Part shown: positions 49,659 through 63,877 of the stretch, piece after piece
Position numbering within the stretch: position 1 is the first letter of the stretch
Layout of the letters: every line of letters begins with the position of its first letter
Source: Octopus sinensis
Taxonomy: Eukaryota
Reading direction: 5' to 3'
Length of the DNA stretch: 64,000 nucleotides
NCBI RefSeq assembly: GCF_006345805.1
Contig: NW_021833233.1
Coordinates: 21,127 to 85,126, forward strand
Position numbers and translations under genes: made by a program
The notes under the pieces: model-generated
The model's database searches: none
Told to the model about the DNA's origin: nothing
Seen by the model: the letters and a program-made list of their open reading frames with translations, nothing else

Positions 49659-50262
49659 ATGTATGTATGTATGTATTTGATTCTGCATGATATTATTTGA
49701 ATTCTCTAGTCCAAGACATCAAGAAGGACCATAATCCGTGATGAATATTTTTCTTCTAGCCTTGTATTAATTCCTGATGATTTGCAGTTCTGTTTCATGT
49801 TAGAGCTTGTTCCTCTGCTCTCTTTATCTCCGTCACTTTGGAAATTGACGCGCTAAACGAGATGAAATATGATGTAAACCTGGATCTAACCTCATTGTGA
49901 AGAGGTTTCTGGTTGAAGATAGCAAGATATATTGGTGCGCAAATTACTTGATCTAAATTATCCTCATGTGGAATCGCGTTACCTAGAGGTTGGACTTTGC
50001 AAGTCAACATGCTTAAGTCGTGGTATTGGTTACTGGCAGAAGAATTGAGCAGTCGCGGAGGGAGGTTCTTCCTTCACTGTTGCTCCATTCTATTCGGGCG
50101 TAAGATATAACGTCTGAATGATGCGCTGCCCTCTCTGCTTACAACTATCGCATCCACGATATACTCCAGTTCCTAGCATGATCGGGGTAGATAGTTTCTT
50201 CGTGTCTGACCTTGCCTACATAGATACTTAAAACATTCACTGAAAATGTTACCCATGTTAAC

Positions 50263-50652
50263 TAGGAGTGGCTGTGTGGTAAGTAGCTTGCTTACCAACC
50301 ACACGGTTCCGGGTTCATTCACATTGCGTGGCACCTTGGGTAAGTATCTTGTACTATAGCCTTGGGCTGACCAAAGCCTTGTGAGTGGATTTAGTAGACG
50401 GAAATTGAAAGAAGCCCGTCGTATAAATGTATGTGCGTGTGTTTATGTGTTTGTGTTTGTCCCCCAACACCGCTTGACAACCAGTGCTGGTGTGTTTACG
50501 TCCCCGTAACTTAGGGGTTCGGCAAAACAGACCGATAGGATAAGTACTAGGCGTCCAAAGAATAAGTCCTGCGGTCGATTTGCTCTACTAAAGGCGGTGC
50601 TCCAGCATGGCCACAGTCAAATAACTGAAACAAGTAAAAGAATAAAGAGAGT
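50263..50652 (+). mobile_element. SINE family B, near full length
   Basis: TAGGAGTGGCTGTGTGGTAAGTAGC...GAAACAAGTAAAAGAATAAAGAG. Confidence 0.9.
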
Positions 50653-51449
50653 AAGACTTTGATGCACTAGAGAGTAGGTTGATCGTATTTTGCACTTAAG
50701 CCAACACATGAAATGGCTGCGAAAATCAAAAGTAAATGAATAAAAACAGAAAACTCTATTATAGGAATATTCTCATTTCTTTTGCGTAAACTGTTTTAAA
50801 CGTAGTGTGGGCTGAAACGAAAAGGATTTTCAAATATCATAACAAGCAAAGGCCTCGAAGCGAAAGAAACGTTCTTTCGATCAGCAACACATCTACGTTT
50901 GAAAGGTTTCAGATTTATGACTCAGTTATATAGTAATAAATATCCATTGCTAATAAATATCCTGCGATAAAATATATTCCGTTCCCAAGGGCAGAGCAAC
51001 CTCAGTTAAATACCACAGCGAAAGGTATGACATCTTAAACATATTTCATTAAATGACCGTTTCCCTAAGACATTAAACGAAAATTTGCGTAAGCCAATAT
51101 GACGTTTGTACGAAGTCATCTTACATAAATATCGTAATTTGAACGTAAATAACCGTTCGGTAATGAAAGTGAAAAATTTATACGATTATCCGTCAGAGGA
51201 ATGTGGTCGTAATGTAATAATCGCCTCCATAACATGATGATGTACAAATTGGTAATATAAATTATATTATATACAATTATCGAACAAAAGTAAATAAGGT
51301 TATTTACCTTGCCTGTTGAATTCGTGCATCACTCATATAATACGAAATATAATAGCTTAAAATGCCACGAATACAAATGTACATTCGTACATACATACAT
51401 ACAGACATAATTATACACACACAGTCACACATATTTATACATATACACA

Positions 51450-51770
<321 letters not shown>

Positions 51771-53074
51771 CTACGTATATATGTATGTATGTGTATATGA
51801 GCATATAAATAAATAGATATATATATGAATTTATGCATATGTATGCAGATATATAAGTGCCTGTGTGTGTTTCTATATACGTGTGTGTTTTGTGTGTATG
51901 TGTGTGTGTGTGTGTGTAATAACTATTAAAATAAAGTAATAAACTTGATGTTCCATTAATCCATTTTGAAACTGGGCAACATCGACATGAACACGTAATA
52001 AAATACATTCAAAACACAATATATTTGCCAATATACGTTGGCAACAGCAATATGAGATTTACAATCTCGTATAATTATTATCATATATTTCATGTTAAAA
52101 ACAATTATGTTGAAATTAGGACTACACACTTACGGACCATACCGTATTCTATTGCTTTGCGTGTAATCTTACCCTGCAAAATTAAGAACAAGTCGATAAG
52201 CATTTACTTCGATTCTTCTTGGTACATTATTTATTGCTCGATAATAAGAATAATTGTTGTGAAAATGCGTGTATAATTAATGCAAGTGATTTAATAATTA
52301 TATTAGAATTACAGATAATCTCTGAATATATTCTATAAAAGGGTTAACTGTATTTGACGTGTGACAGCGATGGATTTACTGTATGGCCGTATTAATTTAA
52401 TTTAATATGCGCCTACCAATCGACTATTGCTATGCTGCTATAAAAAGCCGCATATATGTAGCTGATAGCAATGATATGATAGCTCTACAGTGACTTAGCT
52501 AACAAAAAAGTACCCATACAGCCAGTAGGTCTAATAACCTAAATTTCAAATCTTTCTACGAACGCTGTTAAACACAAGACAGATTATTCTACATCAAGAA
52601 CAAAACTTTCATTTTCTGTTTGTTTACGTTAAACCCATGTAACAGCCGAATTATCATATCATAAACATATGCACACTTCGTACACCTGCACCTAGTTCAG
52701 ATTCAGTTGCATGTCAACGTGTTTATTGCGTGTATTTGTACAGACTCACTTGCATGTACATAAATATATATACATACACACAAATATAGTTGTATGAGTT
52801 TGTGCGTGTAAGTGTGAGATCGGCAACCTTTGTAGTGGGTTGCTTTCCCTTGTTTCCTAGAACACTTCACTGTATTTGGAGCTGTATTTCTAGACCACGA
52901 AATGGATGCCTTTTTATGTCTACGGTACCTTTTGAATCAGACTCATCACATTGAAACTCTCTTATATATATATGGAAAATGCTGACTCGCATTCGTTGTT
53001 TCTCGCAACGTACAACAATCTGTGTGCCTCATCATCTGGTTTCCTTCCTGAATTTATATTTACTGCAAGCTTAT

Positions 53075-53790
53075 ACTATTATTATTATTATTATTATTAT
53101 TAATTTTTTTTGTCTTAATCACGGGTTTTGTTGGAGCGTCTGGAGTCTTGCATGTGAAGCGGGCTTACTACCAGCAACCTACGGTACCATGCTATTCGTT
53201 CTTTTCCTCTATCTAATACTTTCCTGATTATTCTGGCACTCTATTCCAATTTCCTTTATATTCCTCTTGATGCCTTCTCATACTGTTCTCAAGGACCCAA
53301 CTATAATTGAGACTATCTTCGTATTCTTAATTTTCCATATCCAAGCTATTTCGTCCTTAAGAGGGTTGTTTCTATCTATCTTGTCGCCTTCCTTCTTGAG
53401 TATTCGTGGGTCAAAGGGGCATGCAACGTCAACTATATATACCATATGTGGTGCACCTTCTTCACCTCCACCAGGTCCGGTCTGTTATGCTATAGCACCT
53501 TATCTGTTTGGATTGGGATATTATACAGGATTTTGGTAGTCTCCGACTCTGCCACTCTCTGCGGTTCGTGCTCATACCACGTCTTGCATCAATCTAACCC
53601 CCACTTTTCACACAGTTTCCAATGTAGCGTTTGCGCTGCCTGGTCGTGTCACCACAATTTGTAGTGGTTTCAGCAGGTCTAGAGCATTCGTTCGTGATAT
53701 GGCCAATGGTTTCATTCACTGTATTCTTTATGTCGGACTCAGACTCTCGTAGTATTACACATTAAACCCCAGTATTCCAACACATCCCGA
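53075..53790 (-). pseudogene. R4/Dong-type LINE 3' end (RLE) with (TAA)n tail
   Basis: ETIGHITNEC..LHWKLCEKWG..WYEHEP.RVAESE..KIL...IQTDKV..NRPDLV..VDVACPFD..KE.DKI..IIVGSL, then a (TAA)n tail at 53077-53103. Confidence 0.8.
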
Positions 53791-54779
53791 TTCAATATGC
53801 TGCAATATACGTTACTAATTATCTAGTTTGATAATTATCTAGTTCTATATTTTTAGTCATGTAATTTACGGTACCACTTTAGTTAATTGCTTATATTTTT
53901 CTTCCAGTCAATGAAGGTGTTGGTTGCTTTCTAAAATCCTTTTCAAACTCTGTTCCAAAGTAAACGAAGGTACGTAATAGCCACTACCTCTTGTGAGCGA
54001 ACTGCGCTTTCTTGAATGATAGAATTTTCAAAGCGTTGCGTTTTTCTTTTGCCTCTAATATATATCAAAGCGTAAAATATCTCGATATCTCGGATGTATA
54101 TCCTAAGAGACACTAATCAGAGAACCGAATCCTTTATTTACCTCTAAATTTCTAATTCAGTTTTATTAAAAGACGATTGGTCATTCCATTGTATTTGCTA
54201 AGGGGATTTTTTTTACTTTTATACTTCGTAGCAGGTGCGCAGATTAAATTTATAACGACAGATATCGAAACTATTTTAACTTAAAATTTTTGTGTGGATT
54301 TCGACTGCTTGTGAAGGTACAATACTGCGTTTAATTAAGATTATTAGATATACCAAAATGTTATGGGCATTCTAGAAACAAGAAACATGGTATCAGGTTA
54401 TATGCGACCCTTTTTATTGCTAGTTTCTCTTTTTTTTCTCTTTCTAGTATTCTATTCCGCGCAGTTTTATTTTTCAAAATGCAGTAGAAAGTCGAGTAAC
54501 ACAAAATGAAAAACTTTTTTTTTAATTCCTTTGGTTTAACTTTAGATTCGCCAGGGATTAGGTGTTCCGTTTCAAACAAAATGTTTATATCATCAGCTTA
54601 TCGACCCTGTCGGTAGTTTCCACATCACCTGTAAACATGTAATGCCTGATATAAATCACACTACAATTCAGCCTTCGTAACAATATATTTAGTCAAGAAT
54701 GAGGGATCTCGCCTGACTATTTGGATAAACAAACATTTAATTTCAAATAGATTTGGAAAATTTCTTCACATAAAATCAA

Positions 54780-55170
<391 letters not shown>

Positions 55171-55917
55171 ATCCTTTTATTATTCTTTGAACAAAGCTAT
55201 TTAACATTTCTTTGTTATGATTTTATTTTGTAACTGTTTATATGATGACTAATCTACATCATCCCAATGTATGTTCCAGCTGGTTAAGCATCAAAGGTTT
55301 TGGTAAATATTTGCACCAAATCAGTTGACATACTTCGCAACACTTTATTTGTGCAGAAACATATTTCATGTTTTTTTTATATATATATATATTATTCTGT
55401 TTACTTTAGTTTTTATATCTGCTACATGCATAAATAATTTCCTTCTTAATTCGGTCTTATTTCTGTTATTAGTTTTATTTTTAATTTATTTTCGCGTTAC
55501 ACCATTTCCCTACTTTTAATATACTTGTTGAGAGGTCCAGGTAATTCTAATTCGGTTCTAAACGCATTTTTTGTGGTTTCAAGAGTGGCAAAGTATCGCC
55601 GATTGGCAGCTTCATCCCCACCAAATATAGTAAAAATAAACTAGGGGAAGATAACTTGGTTACAGCAGCCAAATTTCACTCAAAACATGACACTAGCACC
55701 TTCAATAAATTGATATATCATATAATTAACACAGATATATTCTCTATGAATGCTAAAGACAATCTTCTTATAATGGTACTACTCTTCACCATAATCTAGT
55801 CCAGTAGGCATGATTTACACTAAAACAACAAAAGCAATTCATAGATTACCTGTAAACATAATGATTACTAGTGCGGTGCGATCATGAATATGTCAGAAGT
55901 GAATTCTAGCAGTTATA

Positions 55918-56087
55918 GGCGTAGGAGTGGCTGGGTGGTAAGTAGCTTGCTTACCAACCACATGGCTCCGGGTTCAGTTCCACTGCGTGGCACCTTGGAC
56001 AAGTGTCTTTCTACTATAGCCTCGGGCCGACCAGAGCCTTGTGAGTCGATTTGGTAGACGGAAACTGAAAGAAGCCTGTCGTATATG

Positions 56088-56144
<57 letters not shown>

Positions 56145-56352
56145 GTGTGTATGTTTGTGTATCTGTGTTTGTCCCCCCAACATCGCTTGACAACCGATGC
56201 TGGTGTATTTACGTCCCCATAACATGGCAGTTCGGCAAAAAAAGCCCGATAAAATAAGTACTAGGCTTACAAAGAATAAGTCCTAGGGTCGATTTGCTCG
56301 ACTAAAGGCGGTGCTCCGGCATGGCTACAATCAAATGACTGAAACAAGGAAA
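55918..56352 (+). mobile_element. SINE family B, full length
   Basis: GGCGTAGGAGTGGCTGGGTGGTAAG (A-box-like), GGTTCAGTTCC (B-box), GGCACCTTGGACAAGTGTC, central (TA)n(TG)n, tail GACTGAAACAAG. Confidence 0.9.
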
Positions 56353-57034
56353 TGAATATAATGAATGGATGAAAATAAATACACATATTTTGTTTTTTCC
56401 ACAATTCTGAGGGGTCGGGAGTATAACCCCGAGTAACTTTGATAGCTTTTGATATATCAGACTATACATAACGTACGACTGATGTCTCAGTTATTAGCTA
56501 TGCTTTTCGTCTTCTTCACACCAAATAATAGGTTTGAGAAAGTGACGTACAACAGAATAACAGTCATTACATTACTAACAGCGGTGGTACATAATCACGT
56601 TCATTGTTGATGTTCTTAATATCAGTAACTCGAACAGCCAGTAATACATCAGTCATACAGGCTTTTGGAGATGTGTTACTTCAAACGATTCCATCAGAAA
56701 AAAATATTTGAAGTACAAATCATTCTGATTACGCTGTAAACAACAGAACAACCGATAACAATATATTAAATATATATCAGTCAATCGTGTACGTGTTAGC
56801 ATCGTTCTATCACAAGCTGTCACAAGTAGTCCCAACGGTCTTCCATATACTAGAGATTTTATAATCAATTGTGCTTCTATGGTCGTGCGATAAGATCTCG
56901 CCATGGGCAGAATTTCCATCATAAATAAGAATTTAAACTGAGAATGCTAAAATTTAGATCATATACTGCAAGACACTTCAACTGAGGCTAACAAATCTAC
57001 CAATACACAATCCTGAAAAAATATATTTCTTATT

Positions 57035-57160
57035 GGCGTCAAAACGATACATGACAAAGTAGGCTTCATGCTGGATTTGAACTTAGTTAAAAGAGATCCG
57101 TAACAAGCACTACAAAGCATGCTATTCGATGCTCTAATGAATCTGCCAATTCACGATGCG
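57035..57160 (-). mobile_element. Old family A-related SINE head
   Basis: Minus strand GTGAATTGGCAGATTCATTAG...AAGTTCAAATCC. Confidence 0.5.
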
Positions 57161-57194
57161 CATTAGCAGTGTAAATTATTATTTTTTTTCATGC

Positions 57195-57497
57195 ACCCTT
57201 TTCAAGCCTAGCTAGGCACATGGGCCCAGTTTCCCTGTTTCTGCGGCGTATGTGTCCCCCCTAGCAAGACGGGACGCCAGTCCATCGCAGCATTACCTAA
57301 GAAACATGAAGAAAGTGTGAGGAAATGTTGGGACGAAAGAGTTCAGTAGGGGTCGCCACCAGCCGCTGCCGGAGCCTCGTGGAGCTTTTAGGTGTTTTCG
57401 CTTAATAAACACACACAACGCGCGGTCTAGGAATCGAAACCACGATTCTCCGACCGCAAATCTGCTGCCCTAACCACTGGGCCATTGCGCTCCACTA
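57195..57497 (-). mobile_element. SINE family D
   Basis: Reverse complement of GGAGCGCAATGGCCCAGTGGTTAGGGCAGC...TAAGCGAAAACACCTAAAAGCTCCACGAGG. Confidence 0.8.
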
Positions 57498-57509
57498 AGT
57501 AAATGCGCC

Positions 57510-57748
57510 CCTTTTAAAGCCTAGCCAGGCTCATAGGCCCGGTTTCCCGGTTTCAGTGGCGTATGTGTTGCCCAGCTGGATGGAACGGCAGTCCATCGCA
57601 GGATTACTCATTTTTGCCAGCTGAGTGGACTGGAGCAACGTGAAATGAAGTGCTTTGCTCAAGAACAGAAAGCGTCGCCCGGTCCAGGAATCGAAACTAC
57701 AATCTCCCGATCATGATGCTGACACTGTGACCACTAAGGCACGCGCCT
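57510..57748 (-). mobile_element. SINE family C (MetaSINE-like)
   Basis: Minus strand GGAGGCGCGTGCCTTAGTGG...TTCTTGAGCAAAGCACTTCATTTCACGTTGCTCCAGTCCACTCAGCTGGCAAAAATGAG. Confidence 0.8.
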
Positions 57749-58809
57749 CCACAAGCAGGGTAAACGCTCATATTTTAATCTCTATATTTCTGTGCATTAT
57801 CCTCACGTTTCATTCTTCTCCCTTTTTTTTTATCTCTTTCCTACGCGTTCTTTTATTTAATATCATACCACATCAAACATCAATTTGTACTGGATTGCTT
57901 CCTCTTTTTTTTTTCCATTTAAGAAACTCATTTGTTTCCAATAAGTTCACTTCAATACAGATTTAAAGCGAAACACGTTTTTTTTTCCTGGCTGCTTATT
58001 TATTTTTATCTTTTCAATAAAATTGAGCAATACTTTACACAATATACGTGTTAAACGTGCCGTATCTGATACTTCAAAACGCTTCACTTCGTTACGAGAA
58101 CACTCGTATATAAACACATATGAACACACAGACATACATACGTACACATACACAAGCACACATACGTACAGACGTATCCATTTCTACGTAGCATTGTTTT
58201 ACATAGGCACATGTGTATTTCACCTTGGAGGATATATGTTTAAACAAGATTTAATTAAGAGCTGATTGGATTTAACTAAATGCTTCCTAGCTCCCTTGAA
58301 CGGCTTGCATCATATCTCACTGATGTCAACTTGACGTTGTTACAATAAGTATCTTATACGCAGGGCGCTATGACACTTCAATACGTTGCAACCGTACACA
58401 TATTGTCGTTGAGTTTAATCGAAAGAAATCAATACAGTCATGAAAAAAAATAGAGATCCATCGATTTGATCCATGCGAGTGTGTTCGTATGAATTTCTGT
58501 GTGTATGTATTTGTGTATATGTATATTTGTGTGTGGTTTCCAAATGGAATTCGTTTTCTCTAAAACTTTAAATAGCAAAATTCAAGGAGATGCGTTCAAA
58601 TACTTACAGAAATACATGAATTTAGCATACACATGCACGCGCATGTACGTATGCAAGTATGAGTGTCTGTGCGTGTATGTTGGTGCGTGTGTGTGTATGT
58701 GTGAGTGTGTGCGAGTCTGTGTATTTATATCTTTCTGTATATCTATATATGTAGATATATACATAGGTAGATAGATAGATAGACAGACACACAGACACAC
58801 AGTTAGTTA

Positions 58810-58811
58810 GT

Positions 58812-58884
<73 letters not shown>

Positions 58885-58934
58885 GGATGGATGGATAGAT
58901 AGACAGATAGACAGACAGACAGATAGATAGATAA

Positions 58935-59015
<81 letters not shown>
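58810..59015. repeat. (GATA)n microsatellite
   Basis: Seen directly. Confidence 0.95.
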
Positions 59016-59543
59016 CGGATGTATGTATACGCGAATGCATGCATATATCTGTATGTTTCTATGTGTGTATGTACTTACAATCAGATAGATATAGATTTAG
59101 GTACATAATATATATATATATATACACGCACATCCACATAGAAAGAGAAAGTGAGAGGATGAGAGGGACAGAACTAAGGATTTGAATGCGTCTTTAAAGA
59201 AATACTGACGAAAACACGACTGATACATTGAAACGCAGTCTACCAGGAATGAAATTTGCAGCTGTGTATCCTTGAATTTCGGCAATGATAGTTTGAGAGC
59301 ACTCTACCGTACAAATATGGTAAAAGATTTTATGGAAGGAACAGAGCAATGGATGATTAAAAAAGTTGAATCCAGAAGAATCCTGAAAAACAAAAAAATG
59401 TCATAGAAAGGAACCCTAAAATTACCTTCAAACAAAACAAAAGATCTCCATAAGAGTATTTATTCATAAATACATACATACAAGCAAGCAGACATGAATA
59501 CAGGCATGCATACAAGCATACATGCATACATATATATATATAC

Positions 59544-59622
<79 letters not shown>

Positions 59623-59961
59623 CGTAAACATAGATAAACTTGCGCACACAAGAACACATGTATATATTATATGAATATAAATATATACATGTGTCTCTGC
59701 GTGTGTATGTGTGTGTCTTTATGTATACAAGATGCGGAGGATGGATTGTTGATGTAGATGTCACGGGATGTGTGAAGAAAGTTTTCCCGACAAACACAAG
59801 AAATAAGAACAATAATTTTAAAAAATGAACATTCCGAAATGTAACAAAATTTGTTTCAACAGCCAGTTTAATCAGGAACATTGCATCACAAATGCATAAA
59901 TATATACATATACATATATACACAGATGCATATATACATATACATATGTACATACATACAC

Positions 59962-60004
<43 letters not shown>

Positions 60005-60008
<4 letters not shown>

Positions 60009-60316
60009 AATATTAGGGAATAAATCCAAATTACAGGGAAAAAATCAGATTTAGGATTAAATCCAATTTTATAGTAAAATATTATATAATATAATATTAT
60101 TAGAGACAAAACCACTATTTTGCAAAACAAACAAGGAAAGACTTAATCAATACATAAAATTTTAATAAAAAGTCAAAAAAACCGCCACTACAATTGTTTC
60201 TTGTCCTGATCGACAATCTTCAGGTGGACTTCCAATTTTCAAGTCAGTTTCAAATTTGACTTTTTATTAAAATTTTATGTATTGATTAAGTCTTTCCTTG
60301 TTTGTTTTGTCTCTAA

Positions 60317-60325
<9 letters not shown>
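60005..60325 (-). mobile_element. pLTR-like element with perfect 55-bp inverted repeat around an HHR
   Basis: Arms 60123-60177 and 60255-60309 are exact reverse complements. The outer arm continues after a 16-bp microhomology (CAAAAC) deletion. Confidence 0.85.
60185..60227 (-). ncRNA. Minimal type I hammerhead ribozyme motif
   Basis: CCAC CTGAAGA TTGTC-GATCAG-GACAA GAAA C AATT GTA | GTGG. All stems are Watson-Crick; predicted cleavage between 60189 and 60188. Confidence 0.85.
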
Positions 60326-60344
<19 letters not shown>

Positions 60345-60347
<3 letters not shown>

Positions 60348-60530
60348 GAAATTTACAGAAAAACAAAAGACGAAGGAAGGTGTATAAACAACAAACAGGT
60401 GTATTTAGTTCACGCTCGGGAAGGTGAGAAAGTCTTTTACGTTTCGGCCCTACTCGCTTCAACAGAAAGGAACATGAGTAAATAAACAGAGAGAATAAAA
60501 TACTTTTGAAGCTAGCGGTTAATCATGGAT
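60345..60530 (-). mobile_element. Family G pLTR-like repeat with degenerate HHR (60434-60469)
   Basis: CTTT CTGTTGA A GCGAGTAGGGCC GAAA C GTA | AAAG. Stem II is disrupted. Confidence 0.6.
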
Positions 60531-60853
60531 GCTGGCTGGACAAAGGTAGTTAAAGAGGAGAGCTAGGAAGAAGGGAAGATAATAAAATATTGCTGATCCC
60601 AAAACGAAGGTGAACTTGCGTGCGTATGCGAGAATGTGTAAGTGTGTACGTATGGATAGGGGCTGGTGACTGATGTGTGAATCGAAATGCATAATTGAAA
60701 CCAATTATTCCGACCTTGGAATATCAAGGTTTTGAAGAGAACTTATTTATTCGTTCACTCTTCGTTTATTTCATGTGGCTGTTGGTTAAGAAGTTTACTT
60801 TGAAACCACATCATTGCGATGTGGCGATCTGGGCCAGGGTTTTAAATATATAC

Positions 60854-60898
<45 letters not shown>

Positions 60899-60901
<3 letters not shown>

Positions 60902-61036
60902 CAGGCTTCTTTCAGTTTCTGTCTACCAAATTCACTCACAAGACTATAGTAGAAGACACTTGCCCAAGCTGCCATGCAGTGGGACTGAACCCGGAACCAT
61001 GTGGTTCATTAGCAAGCTACTTATCACACAGCCACA

Positions 61037-61039
<3 letters not shown>
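60899..61039 (-). mobile_element. SINE family B, head half
   Basis: AGGTGTGGCTGTGTGATAAG...GGTTCAGTCCC...GAAAGAAGCCTGTC. Confidence 0.8.
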
Positions 61040-61079
<40 letters not shown>

Positions 61080-61080
<1 letters not shown>

Positions 61081-61230
61081 GAAAGTTTACGAAAATAAAC
61101 AAAAGACGAAGGCAGGTGGAGTACAAACAAACATATGTATTAGTATAGCGCTCAGGAATAAAAAAAAGTCTTTTACGTTTCGAGCCTATGCTCTTCTACA
61201 GAAAGGAACACAGAAAAATATATATAGTTA
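61080..61230 (-). mobile_element. Family G pLTR-like repeat
   Basis: Homologous to 60345-60530 and 31226-31320. Confidence 0.7.
61170..61205 (-). ncRNA. Ultra-minimal hammerhead motif, A6U core variant, loop-less stem III
   Basis: CTTT CTGTAGA A GAGC-ATAG-GCTC GAAA C GTA | AAAG. Stem III is the palindrome ACGT. Confidence 0.55.
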
Positions 61231-61932
61231 CAATTGTTCAAAAACCAATACAAAAGCGGACAACAAACAAGGTGGATTAGATTGTACAAGATATAGACAT
61301 ATGCATATATGCAATATATACATATGGATATGTATGTGTTTGTGTGTGTGTGTGTGTGCCTGCGTATGAAGACAGAGGGAGAGAGACGGGTTTATGTGTT
61401 TGCTGTGTATATACCGGCTTTTGTGGAATCTAATGATAATAGCTTTCTAAAGGATTATTTGATTACTAACATTATTTGAATACGCGCATTATTTTATTAA
61501 ATAGCCCTGAGAATAACGGACCTACTTAAACACCGCACCCGTTTGCATCGTATTATTTTACGTTTTCCCCCTCTTTTCCTTCCCATTTTCTTTCTCTCTC
61601 TCTCTCTCTCTCCCTCTCTAGGTTATTCTTCCTAGAAATATACAGATTTGATTTCATTTCGACAATCCCAAAAACTTGGTATTAAGTATTACAGTTAAGC
61701 ATTTGATAATTCAGTTTCCAAGAAGGTCAAATCAAACCTTTTGACGCAGAATAGTTCTTATTTATCGTTATAAATTATCTGACAGAATAACAGAATTTTC
61801 CATTAGATAGCATGACAATAGCGAGTAAGAATTTTATTTTTCTCAGAAGATAACAGAAATTATTTCGATGGAAATGCAAATTTTACAAATGCATGAAGAT
61901 TAAATTCGAATATATATATGGATATATATATA

Positions 61933-61966
<34 letters not shown>

Positions 61967-62175
61967 CGTAAAAACGTATGTATGTATGGATGGATGGATG
62001 GAGGGAGGGAGGGATACATGTACATAATCAAGCATGTATGTATGTGTGCATTTATGTAAGAATATATAATTATATACATTTGTGTGTGAGTGTTTCTAAT
62101 ATATATATATATATATCTACGCACTCATTCGCTCACTCATATATTCTTTCTCCTGGTTCAATCATTTCATTGCGA

Positions 62176-62219
<44 letters not shown>

Positions 62220-62789
62220 ATATATTATATATATATACACGCACATGCATTTAAATAAGTATTCATGCGATCAGAACTTAGAATCAATAGAAACATACAT
62301 ACATACATACTAGCGTAATCTATTCGTTCTTTTAGGAAAGGAAATTGTACTTAGTTTATACGGGTTCACCACAAAGATTAATACTAAAATACATTTACTT
62401 TTGCACTTAATTCCCACGGGTTTGTTTTGCTGCCTTTGCTTCTGTTGTAATTAACTAATACAAATATGAGGGGAAAAAAACAAATTTATTACTTTTCGAT
62501 ATTATAAATTTTCTGCTATTATGGTTTTTCGTATTTTAATTTTTTGTTCGCTTCATCGTAATTAATCTGTTATTCTCGCATGTGACTGAATTAGCGGTAA
62601 AAAATAAAGCTAAGAAAATAAAATATGTAAACAAATTATACTAACACTTCTGAATCCTTTATTTACCGAGAAATAATTTATATTTTTTTTACGTTTGGAA
62701 ACCAGATTGCGTGCGCGTGTATCTGTGTGACTGTTTGTGTTTGGAAGAAAGGATAATGGATTGCATTGTAAATTGTCAGAGTGGACAAC

Positions 62790-62945
62790 AGGTCCAGAGA
62801 AAATGGAGCAGTGGAAGACCACACACAGAAGTTGGAAGGGTGAGTTACGACACCTGAATTTGGATGAGCAAAACTACAAACAGTGGCGTGTGGAGAGACT
62901 GTATTGAGGCACTCATCCAGCAGTGGACAGAACATAAACGACGAT
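62790..62945 (+). mobile_element. Probable RTE-type LINE 3' end, decayed
   Basis: Remnants of GRP...VWRDCIEALIQQW with frameshifts. Confidence 0.45.
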
Positions 62946-63014
62946 AAAGATGCTTAGGGTGTATGTCTGTGCGTGTATGCGTGTGTGTGTGCGTGTGTGT
63001 GCGTGTATATATAT

Positions 63015-63229
63015 ACTCTTTTACTCTTTTACTTGTTCCAGTCATTTGACAGCGGCAATGCTGAAGCACTGTCTTTAGTCGAGCAAATCGACCCCGGGAC
63101 TTATTCTTTGTAAGCCCAGTACTTATTCTATCGGTCTCTTTTGCCGAACCGCTAAGTGACGGGGACGTAAACACACCAGCATCGGTTGTCAAGCAATGCT
63201 AGGGGGACAACACAGACACACAAACATAT

Positions 63230-63298
<69 letters not shown>

Positions 63299-63430
63299 AT
63301 ATACATATACATATACATATATACGACGGGCTTCTTTCAGTTTCCGCCTACCAAATCCACTCACAAGGCATTGGTCGGGCCGAGGCTATAGCAGAAGACA
63401 CTTGCCCAAGGTGCGATGCAGTGGGACTGA
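63015..63430 (-). mobile_element. SINE family B, head truncated
   Basis: Body and tail match 55918-56352. Central (CA)/(TA) tract present. Confidence 0.85.
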
Positions 63431-63589
63431 TATATATATAACATACATTACATACATATATTCACACATAATATAATAGCCACATCGACAGAAGATGTCA
63501 GAGCGTCCAATACACTATACTTGTTCCAAGTCTCGCGTTGTTGTGTGTTTCTCTTTGTGCCTTTCTTGTTTGGATTAACTATATAATAG

Positions 63590-63647
<58 letters not shown>

Positions 63648-63877
63648 CAATGCAAAAACATATAATAACCTTCCGCGTCGTTTCTGAAAGCGTTTTTTAT
63701 ACTTACAACGGATTACCTGAGGCCAACTTTCTTCCTACACCTCCATCTATGGGCCTTATATTTATACATACATATATGTATCCAAGCATACAAACATTGG
63801 GATGAGGAAAACAAACAAAGGGTAAGAGGAAAATATTAGATTTATGAGACCTAAAATTTCATTCCCTTATTGCCTAC

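Noticed and set aside
49780-50235. Possible very old RTE apurinic-endonuclease fragment (minus strand)
   Set aside because: There are only faint echoes (NVLSI..GK, QVICAP) across several frameshifts. It needs an HMM search.
52410-52450. CCAAT plus TATAAAA as a Pol II promoter
   Set aside because: The motifs are short and common in AT-rich DNA, the spacing is atypical, and there is no downstream gene evidence.
54560-54600. Minus-strand CTGATGA TAT AAAC-ATTTT-GTTT GAAAC
   Set aside because: There is no NUH cleavage triplet or stem I complement after GAAAC.
59200-59245. CTGACGA...GAAAC GCA GTC
   Set aside because: The core and GUC are present, but stems I and II have only about 2 bp each. Cannot be told from chance.
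63483-63590. Possible dead hammerhead (GATG/CGTC stem) at the start of a T-rich pLTR-like tract
   Set aside because: Both conserved core segments are mutated (CGACAGA, CAATA), so it is too degenerate to call.
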